64,000 nucleotides of DNA from Planctomycetaceae bacterium (lineage in GTDB: Bacteria > Planctomycetota > Planctomycetia > Planctomycetales > Planctomycetaceae): the NCBI GenBank assembly GCA_046075365.1, contig JBJTPZ010000271.1:811-64810 (forward strand), read 5' to 3'. Below, piece by piece: positions 27,569 through 35,032 of the stretch (position 1 is its first letter; every line of letters starts with the position of its first letter). Both the position numbers and the translations under genes were made by a program. The notes under the pieces are model-generated. The model ran no database searches. It saw only the letters and a list, made by a program, of their open reading frames with translations, and was not told the origin of the DNA.

Positions 27569-30500
27569 ATGCGTTTTGCTGTGTTTTATGTGAGCCTGCT
27601 TACCGCGGTCAGCCTGCTCGTGACTCCCGTGCAGTCGCAGCCACCCGCGGCCCGGCAGGTGCCTCCTGATCATCCGGAACGCGCCAGGAAAGGTCTCGAA
27701 TTATTCCGCACGACCGTTCGTCCAGTCCTGACTGCCAAATGTCTGGAATGTCACGGAGGTGCTGCGGTTAAAAGTGACTTTGATCTGTCAACACGTGACG
27801 CCCTGATAAACAGCGGATTCATTGGACAGTCTGCAGCCGAAAGTCAGCTTGTGCAGCTGATCACTCACGCTGCTGAACCACATATGCCGTGGAAGCTGCC
27901 AAAACTGTCCGAACAGGAAATCAGCAGCATTTCCAAATGGATTGACCTCGGCGCTCCGTATGACGCCCCGCTCGGCAATCGCTCAGAAAAGCCACCTGCC
28001 GAGATGATCGTGACAGACAAGGATCGCGGCTTCTGGTCCTTCCAGCCACTGCAGTCTCCGGCTGTCCCCGACGTCAAATCCGCCGAGTGGTGCCGCACTC
28101 CGATTGACCGATTTATTCTTGCAGCCCAGGAAGCCGCCGGACTGCAGCCAAATGGCACCGCTGAAAAAAAAGTGCTGATCCGCCGCGCCTATGCCGTACT
28201 GCTGGGACTCCCGCCAACACCCGCTGAGGTTCAGCAGTTTGTCAGCAGCAGCGACCCTCAGGCCTGGCCCAAACTGATCGATCGACTGCTCGCATCACCC
28301 CAGTATGGCGAGCGCTGGGCGCGACACTGGATGGACGTGGCACGATTCGCCGAATCACACGGCTACGAACAGGACTACGACCGCCCACAGGCATATTTCT
28401 ATCGAGACTTTCTGATTCGCGCCTTCAACGCGGACATGCCCTACGATCAGTTCGTCCGCTGGCAACTGGCTGGTGACGAACTGGCCCCCGAGATTCCGGA
28501 CGCCATGATGGCCACTGGCTTTCTTGGCGCAGGCGCATTCCCCACCCAGCTCACTGAGACAGAATTCGAATCCGCTCGCTACGATGAACTCGACGATATG
28601 GTGATGACCACCGGTGTCACCTTCCTCGGTCTCTCAGTCGGATGCGCTCGCTGCCACGATCATAAGTTCGATCCGATCCCCGCACGCGATTACTACTCGC
28701 TCGCAGCAGCCTTCACCACCACGATCCGCTCCGAAACACAACTTGATCTCGCACCCGACGAAAACCGCCAGCGACAGCAGGCTTTTGAACTTCAGCTGAG
28801 GGCTGCCAAACAGGCGGCCGCCGACTACCGTGCGGAAAAACTGCCTGACCGCCTGCTGGACTGGCTTCGCGAAAACACCGAGGAACAGACGGCCGGACCA
28901 TGGGAAACACTGCACCTGAAAAGCGTTGCATCCAGTGCAGGTACCGTCTTTCAGCCACAAGCCGACGGCTCAATCCTGGCCACAGGCAATCCGCCCGCTC
29001 GCGAAGTCATCACTCTCACCGGAGAATCCGTACGCCGCTCTGTGACCGCAGTTCGGCTTGAAGCACTAACACACCAAAGCCTGCCACAGGGTGGGCCGGG
29101 CAGGGCACCAAACGGGAACTTTGCCCTCGGAAACATCGCGGTTGCTGCCAGCCCGGCAAACACCGCAGTCGAGACACCGCCGCAACAGATCCGCCTGACA
29201 CAAGCCCGAGCCACACACCAGCAGGACGCCGGAGAACTTTCTGTTGCCGCCTCAATTGACGATCGTGAAATCTCTGGCTGGGCTGTCGACCACGGTGGCA
29301 TCGGCAAAGATCAGGCAGCTGTTTTCGAATTTGATAAGCCGGTTTCCTTCGATGGCCCCATGCGCTGGACCATCACACTGACACTCAACCACCCAAACCC
29401 GCAGCACACTCTCGGCAGGTTTCGACTGTCGGTAACTGACAGAATCATGCCGCAGCCTGAGGTTGGCTCCAGCAGCATCAGCGACACCGTACTCGCCGCT
29501 CTCAAGGTGCTTCGCACCAATCCCGACCGCTCCACAGCAGCATGGAACACGGCAATCAGCTGGTTCGCAGAAATTGATCCCGGCATGCAGCAACATCTGC
29601 AGGCGATCGCTGCGATAGAAAAACAGGGCCCCGGACTGCAGCTGGCAACTGTCATGGTCACCAGCGAAGGACTGCCCCACCTCCGACATCATGCGGATGA
29701 TCGAGGGTTTCCGCATTTTTACCCTGAGACATGGATGCTGAAACGCGGCGACGTACACCAGAAACAGCAAGTCATGCAGCCCGGATACCTGCAGGTCCTC
29801 ATGCCCGCTGGCAAAGATGCCGCACACTGGCATATCCAGCCCCCCAGTGGCTGGACTCGCACCAGTTACCGACGAGCCTCCCTGGCAGGCTGGATGACGG
29901 ACCCGGAACAAGGTGCCGGCAAGCTGGCGGCACGCGTCATTGTCAATCGACTCTGGCAGCATCACTTCGGTAAAGGCCTGGTAACGACACCAAACGATTT
30001 CGGTATCTCCGGCGAACGCCCGTCTCATCCCGAACTGCTCGAATGGCTGGCATCCGATCTTGTCAGCCACGGCTGGACCCTGAAACGCCTGCAGCGACTC
30101 ATCATGACCAGCAGCACGTGGATGCAGTCCGCCCTGGCAGACGAACAGCGTGCACTGCTGGATCGCGAAAACACGCTGCTGTGGCGACGCAGTCCCATGC
30201 GACTTGAAGCGGAAGCCATTCGCGACTCAATGCTGGCAGTCTCGGGGCTGCTTGACCTGCAGCAGTTTGGCCCCGGAACTCTTGACCAAAATATGAAACG
30301 TCGCAGTATCTACTTTTTCATCAAACGCAGTCAGCTGATCCCGATGATGATGCTCTTTGACTGGCCTGAACATCTCGTCAGTATTGGACAGAGACCTGTC
30401 ACCACCGTCACACCGCAGGCGCTGATGTTCATGAACAGCCCACAGGCTCGACAATGGGCCAGCGGGTTCGCCGGACGACTGCCCGCGGACGATCCTGTCG

Positions 30501-30691
30501 CAGCCGTTGACACCGCATGGCACCTGGCATTCAGCAGACCCCCCGGCACCGACGAGCAGCAGGCAGCGTTGAATTTCCTGAAAAATCAGGAACAACAGCA
30601 CGCCGGAAAGGGCGGAAACCCCCGACAACAGGCGCTGACAGACCTCTGCCAAACCATTTTCAGTATGAACGAATTCATCTATTCAGAGTAA
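27569..30691 (+). CDS. PSCyt1/DUF1549/DUF1553 exported protein, paralog 3
   Basis: AKCLECHGG, QYGERWARHWMDVARFAESHGYE, GCARCHDHKFDP, VNRLWQHHFGKGLV, SHPELLEWLA and terminal tag LCQTIFSMNEFIYSE. The central unassigned module includes NGNFALGNIAV...GRFRLSVTD. Confidence 0.9.
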   Translation: MRFAVFYVSLLTAVSLLVTPVQSQPPAARQVPPDHPERARKGLELFRTTVRPVLTAKCLECHGGAAVKSDFDLSTRDALINSGFIGQSAAESQLVQLITHAAEPHMPWKLPKLSEQEISSISKWIDLGAPYDAPLGNRSEKPPAEMIVTDKDRGFWSFQPLQSPAVPDVKSAEWCRTPIDRFILAAQEAAGLQPNGTAEKKVLIRRAYAVLLGLPPTPAEVQQFVSSSDPQAWPKLIDRLLASPQYGERWARHWMDVARFAESHGYEQDYDRPQAYFYRDFLIRAFNADMPYDQFVRWQLAGDELAPEIPDAMMATGFLGAGAFPTQLTETEFESARYDELDDMVMTTGVTFLGLSVGCARCHDHKFDPIPARDYYSLAAAFTTTIRSETQLDLAPDENRQRQQAFELQLRAAKQAAADYRAEKLPDRLLDWLRENTEEQTAGPWETLHLKSVASSAGTVFQPQADGSILATGNPPAREVITLTGESVRRSVTAVRLEALTHQSLPQGGPGRAPNGNFALGNIAVAASPANTAVETPPQQIRLTQARATHQQDAGELSVAASIDDREISGWAVDHGGIGKDQAAVFEFDKPVSFDGPMRWTITLTLNHPNPQHTLGRFRLSVTDRIMPQPEVGSSSISDTVLAALKVLRTNPDRSTAAWNTAISWFAEIDPGMQQHLQAIAAIEKQGPGLQLATVMVTSEGLPHLRHHADDRGFPHFYPETWMLKRGDVHQKQQVMQPGYLQVLMPAGKDAAHWHIQPPSGWTRTSYRRASLAGWMTDPEQGAGKLAARVIVNRLWQHHFGKGLVTTPNDFGISGERPSHPELLEWLASDLVSHGWTLKRLQRLIMTSSTWMQSALADEQRALLDRENTLLWRRSPMRLEAEAIRDSMLAVSGLLDLQQFGPGTLDQNMKRRSIYFFIKRSQLIPMMMLFDWPEHLVSIGQRPVTTVTPQALMFMNSPQARQWASGFAGRLPADDPVAAVDTAWHLAFSRPPGTDEQQAALNFLKNQEQQHAGKGGNPRQQALTDLCQTIFSMNEFIYSE

Positions 30692-30754
30692 AAACGGCGA
30701 AAATACGGTGATTTTTCAACTGCCGGGAGCCCGGTGGTTACCACCTCTCCCAGC

Positions 30755-30784
30755 TTGACCACAATTCCCGGCGTTTTTTATAAT
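30755..30784 (+). promoter_or_regulatory. Putative sigma70-type promoter for the YfgM-like / rluD operon
   Basis: TTGACC (30755-30760), an 18-nt spacer, then TATAAT (30779-30784), about 50 nt upstream of ATG 30835. Confidence 0.45.
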
Positions 30785-30834
30785 GCGGGGCTTCTCAGGC
30801 CTCAGTTTTTCGGTCTCACACGAAAGTCCCGACG

Positions 30835-31770
30835 ATGTCGGAAGAGCAATACGTCCACAAGGAAGATGAAGTTCAGCTGGCAAAAATCCTGCGGGAATCC
30901 GGTCCCTGGCTGCAGCGGAACGGCACTACGCTGATTTATGCAGTTGCTGCGGCCCTCACCGCCACAGCAGTCTACGTCTACATCTCAAGACAGCCACCAG
31001 CAACCGCCAAAGAATCGGCCCTCCTGCTCGCGGCAAATACCCCGGAACAGTACGCTGATGCCGCTGACAATGCCGTAGGCACACCCATCGGCAACTACGC
31101 AAGACTCCGCGAAGCCGAAATGATCCTGCAAAATGCTCTGTCCAGCCTGTTCACCAACCGCAAAGTCGGCGTTGAAGAACTGGACAAAGCTGAAAAAACC
31201 TTCAAGAGACTGCAGGAAAGTCGTGACCTCAGCGATGATATTCGACTTCGACTGCTGCTGGGGTTCGCACGCATCACAGAAGCTCGCTGCGACGGCCAGG
31301 AAGCCACCGTCAAATCAGCAATTGAAGCATGGGATCAGGTCGCGAAATCATTCCCCGGCGAAAAAACATTCGCTGAACTCGCAGAAACTCGCAAACGCAA
31401 ACTGGAACAGCAGTCCACCAAAGACTTCTACGCATGGTTCCAAAAACAGGATCCAAAGCCCGGTGAGGAAACAGGCCTGCCTCAGGACGGCCCCGGCAAC
31501 GTACCCCCAATTCCACAGTTCCCTGGCATTAACCCGCTCGGAAATTTGATCACTCCCGGAACTGCCCCTGCCACCAGCGAAACTCCCGCAAACCCTCAGG
31601 AGCCTTCCGCAGAACCAAAAGCCGAAGAACCGAAGGCTGAGGAACCGAAGGCTGAGGAACCAAAAGCCGAAGAACCAAAAGCTGAAGAACCAAAGGCTGA
31701 AGAACCAAAGGCTGAACAGCCGAAGGCCGAAGAGCCTGCTCCCGCCCCGGCTGAGAAGCCCGGCGAATGA
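30835..31770 (+). CDS. Single-pass membrane protein with TPR-like periplasmic domain (YfgM-like architecture) and EPKAE-repeat tail
   Basis: Acidic cytoplasmic N-terminus, TM helix TTLIYAVAAALTATAVYVYI, helical-repeat-like region (YARLREAEMILQNAL, LLLGFARITEARC), then a Pro-rich segment and 8 EPKAE units. Family assignment is tentative. Confidence 0.45.
   Translation: MSEEQYVHKEDEVQLAKILRESGPWLQRNGTTLIYAVAAALTATAVYVYISRQPPATAKESALLLAANTPEQYADAADNAVGTPIGNYARLREAEMILQNALSSLFTNRKVGVEELDKAEKTFKRLQESRDLSDDIRLRLLLGFARITEARCDGQEATVKSAIEAWDQVAKSFPGEKTFAELAETRKRKLEQQSTKDFYAWFQKQDPKPGEETGLPQDGPGNVPPIPQFPGINPLGNLITPGTAPATSETPANPQEPSAEPKAEEPKAEEPKAEEPKAEEPKAEEPKAEEPKAEQPKAEEPAPAPAEKPGE
31612..31731 (+). 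repeat. In-frame 15-bp tandem repeat (x8) encoding EPKAE
   Basis: The unit gaaccaaaagccgaa repeats with synonymous third-position variation. Seven units encode EPKAE and one encodes QPKAE. Confidence 0.9.
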
Positions 31771-32846
31771 CCCCGGATGGGGACGAATTGTTCTCTGAAG
31801 ATGACGTCGAGCCGCTCGCAGACACTGACGCAGCGGCCAGCGCTGGTGCGCCAATCAATCTGACCGTTGAGGCACGCGCACACGGCTGGCGACTTGACCA
31901 CTACCTCAGCCGACTGTTTCCGAATCACAGTCGTGCTCAGTTGCAGCGGATCATCGAAGCCGGTGGCGTACAGCTCAATGGCATGCCTCCACGATCATCA
32001 AGACGCCTCCGCGTCAATGACCGGCTGGATGTCACCCTGACTGACGCTGAGCGTCCTGGCATAGAGCCGGAAAATCTGCCCCTGCAGATCCTGTACGAAG
32101 ACGACCATATGGTCATCGTCAACAAAGCGGCCGGCATGGTTGTCCATCCCGGCAGGGGCAGCTCCAAAGGCACACTCGCCGCAGCCCTGCAGTATCACTT
32201 CAACCAGCTCAGCGATACTGCCGGAAGACTGCGGCCAGGCATCGTTCACCGCCTTGATCGTGACACCACGGGCGTCATTGTCATCGCCCGTGACAATCAG
32301 GTCCACCAAAAGATTTCACGGCAGTTCGAACAGCGCGAAGTGCGAAAAGAGTATCGCGCCATCGTCCGCGGCGTTCCGGAACTTGCGTCCGACTACATCA
32401 GAACATTTATGTGCGTACATCCGCGGGTGCGAGAAAAAATGATGGTTTGCCCCGCAGGAGGCAATGCCAGAGAAGCTGTCACGTTCTATCGGCTTGCTGA
32501 GTCCTTTGATCGCTGCGCCCTCGTAGATCTGCACCCCAGAACCGGCAGAACTCATCAGCTGCGAGTTCACATGCAGCACATTGCCACACCCATCGTCGCC
32601 GATCGCCTGTATATCGGCACAACCGAACTCAGACAGTCGGATATCCTGCAGACGCCACGACCAGTCCCGGGTACTCCCCAAGATGCCGCAGATATCCTGA
32701 TCGCTCGTCAGGCACTGCACGCTTTCCGTCTGACTCTGCGCCATCCGGTCAGTGGCCAGGAAATGACATTTGAAGCTCCGCTGCCAGATGACTTCCAGCG
32801 CACGCTCGACTTTCTGCGGAAGCAGCCCCGAAAACTACGCACCTGA
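31767..32846 (+). CDS. rluD: RluA-family 23S rRNA pseudouridine synthase (RluD-like)
   Basis: S4 domain (RLDHYLSRLFPNHSRAQLQRIIEAGGVQLNG), catalytic Asp motif HRLDRDTTGVIVIARD, and RTGRTHQLRVH. Its ATG overlaps the upstream stop (ATGA). Confidence 0.9.
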   Translation: MTPDGDELFSEDDVEPLADTDAAASAGAPINLTVEARAHGWRLDHYLSRLFPNHSRAQLQRIIEAGGVQLNGMPPRSSRRLRVNDRLDVTLTDAERPGIEPENLPLQILYEDDHMVIVNKAAGMVVHPGRGSSKGTLAAALQYHFNQLSDTAGRLRPGIVHRLDRDTTGVIVIARDNQVHQKISRQFEQREVRKEYRAIVRGVPELASDYIRTFMCVHPRVREKMMVCPAGGNAREAVTFYRLAESFDRCALVDLHPRTGRTHQLRVHMQHIATPIVADRLYIGTTELRQSDILQTPRPVPGTPQDAADILIARQALHAFRLTLRHPVSGQEMTFEAPLPDDFQRTLDFLRKQPRKLRT

Positions 32847-32852
32847 AATCAC

Positions 32853-34955
32853 TCAGCCCCACAGCTTTGCGATGCGACGGCGAATCTCGGCAGTATCACC
32901 CTTCACCAGACCGCCCGCAGCACCTGTGCTGCCACTGCCTGAAGTCAGGCCATGCGAAACCTGCTCCATCATCGCCAGGATTGACGGCGTCAGAAAACGA
33001 GTCACCTTGCTGAGCGAATGCTGATCGCTGCGATGTCGATTGTGAAAATAATAACGCTCCGGTCGCAGTACTGTCAGATGATTTTTGGCACGAGTCATCG
33101 CTACGTAGAACAACCGTCGCTCTTCCTCAATCTCCTCCGCACTGCCAGTCGCCATGTCGGCAGGAATATTCCCGTCAGCCGCATGAATCACATGCACCGA
33201 GTCCCACTCCAGCCCCTTCGCAGAATGGATGGTACTCAGGATCAGGAAGTCCTCGTCCAGCAGCGGATCGGCCGGAAGTTCCTGAGTTGAGGCCGGCGGA
33301 TCCAGAGTCATTTCCGTCAAAAACTGCTGCCGGCTTTCATAACGAACGGCAATCGTTTCCAGTTGTTTGAGATCATTAATGCGTGCCGGTGCATTTTCAT
33401 ACGCGCTGTGCAGCAATGGCTCATAATACTGCCTGACCGCATGAATATCAGCACTTACGCCACCTTCCGCCTTGCGCCCGCGTGATTCCAGACGCCGCAT
33501 TAACTGCACCAGCCGGGGCCAGAGATCCTGCAGGGCGGACGGTGGCCCCCAACTGTCCCACGCCTCAAATCGCCCCTCAGCTTCCCGCAACTGGTCCAGC
33601 AGTCGGGCTGCCTTCGACTGACCAATCCCCGGCAGCAAAACAAGTATCCTGAAACCGGCGATTGCATCCAGCGGATTCTCCGCCAGACGCAAAAACGAAA
33701 TCAGATCCTTCACATGTGCAGTCTCAAGAAAACGCAGGCCACCATATTTCACAAACGGAATGTTCCTTCGCCCCAAAGCTGCTTCGAGCGCCATACTGTG
33801 ATGCGACGCTCGAAACAAAACCGCCTGCTGCTTAAGCTGGACACCCTGTTCCCGACGATTCAGAATCTCCTCTATCACATGCTCACACTGTGCATCCTCA
33901 TCGGAACAAGTGACAAATCGAGGCACAGCACCGGGACCACGAGATGACCACAATTCCTTGTGATGCCGCTCGGACGCTTCAGCGATCACGCGATTGGTAA
34001 CGTCCAGAATCCTCTGCGTACTGCGATAATTCTGCTCCAGAGCAATCAGTTCAGTTCCCGGATAATCCTGCGGAAAATCAAGAATGTTGCGAACCGTCGC
34101 CGCACGGAACGAATAGATTGACTGAGCATCATCGCCGACTGCCGTCAGCCCGACTCCATCCGGACACAGGTTCTTCAAAATTTGTGCCTGCAGCACGTTT
34201 GTATCCTGATATTCATCCACCAGGATCCTGCTGAACTGCTGCCTAAAAATCCTCGAACCCGCCTCATCCGCCGCCAGTGCGTTCCAGAACAACAGCAAAT
34301 CATCGAAGTCCAGCACGCGCTGCCGTTCCTTCGTCTCCGTGTAAATATTGAACAGCTCACCCAGCCGAGCCTGATGCTCAATGCACCACGGAAACCACTG
34401 CTCCAAAACCTGCGGCAAAGCCTGCTGCGTGTTGATGCAGCGGCTGTAAATATCGAGGCAGGTACCCTTGAGCGGAAAGCGATTCTCACTCTTCGGCAGC
34501 TTCAGCTCAGTACGAGCAAGATTTAGCAAATCTTCCGAATCCCCCCGATCCATAATCGTGAAATCCGGATGCAGTCCAATCAGATGCCCGTGTCGCCGCA
34601 GCAGCGCAGAAGCCGCCGAATGAAATGTGCCTCCACACATGCGACGAATGGCTGACTTCTGGCAGAGCGCCGCGTCCCGCACATCTGCTGCCCCCAAAGT
34701 CGACAGAATCTGCTCGACTCGCCGCAACATCTCAGCAGCTGCACGCCGAGTAAATGTCAGCAGCAAAATACCTGCTGGATCCGTACCACAAGCAACCTGC
34801 CATGCCACCCTGTGCGCCAGCGTTGTCGTCTTGCCAGTCCCTGCACCGGCAATAATCAACAAGGGTGCAGTACCGTGCATCGCCGCCGCCAGCTGGCGAG
34901 GATTCAACGATGACAGAAATGTCGGTATATCCGATCCGTCAGCAGGATTGTTCAT
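32853..34955 (-). CDS. UvrD/Rep/PcrA-family ATP-dependent DNA helicase
   Basis: Motif I AGAGTGKTTTLAHRV, motif II LVDEYQDTN, SIYSFRAA, NYRST, TIHSAKGLEWD and LFYVAMTRAK. Confidence 0.9.
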   Translation of the reverse strand: MNNPADGSDIPTFLSSLNPRQLAAAMHGTAPLLIIAGAGTGKTTTLAHRVAWQVACGTDPAGILLLTFTRRAAAEMLRRVEQILSTLGAADVRDAALCQKSAIRRMCGGTFHSAASALLRRHGHLIGLHPDFTIMDRGDSEDLLNLARTELKLPKSENRFPLKGTCLDIYSRCINTQQALPQVLEQWFPWCIEHQARLGELFNIYTETKERQRVLDFDDLLLFWNALAADEAGSRIFRQQFSRILVDEYQDTNVLQAQILKNLCPDGVGLTAVGDDAQSIYSFRAATVRNILDFPQDYPGTELIALEQNYRSTQRILDVTNRVIAEASERHHKELWSSRGPGAVPRFVTCSDEDAQCEHVIEEILNRREQGVQLKQQAVLFRASHHSMALEAALGRRNIPFVKYGGLRFLETAHVKDLISFLRLAENPLDAIAGFRILVLLPGIGQSKAARLLDQLREAEGRFEAWDSWGPPSALQDLWPRLVQLMRRLESRGRKAEGGVSADIHAVRQYYEPLLHSAYENAPARINDLKQLETIAVRYESRQQFLTEMTLDPPASTQELPADPLLDEDFLILSTIHSAKGLEWDSVHVIHAADGNIPADMATGSAEEIEEERRLFYVAMTRAKNHLTVLRPERYYFHNRHRSDQHSLSKVTRFLTPSILAMMEQVSHGLTSGSGSTGAAGGLVKGDTAEIRRRIAKLWG

Positions 34956-35032
34956 GCAGCACCAGCAGCCAAAGTTTTAGATCATGGCCCCGGATTATAC
35001 GCTGACGCAGGTCCGCTCACAAACCCGACGAT

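Noticed and set aside
31612-31731. A regular 15-bp periodic array that could superficially suggest a CRISPR or satellite repeat. The same applies to 24942-25025.
   Set aside because: The units are contiguous with no spacers and are far shorter than CRISPR repeats. They are in frame within ORFs encoding EPKAE or APAPAQT, and no cas genes are present.
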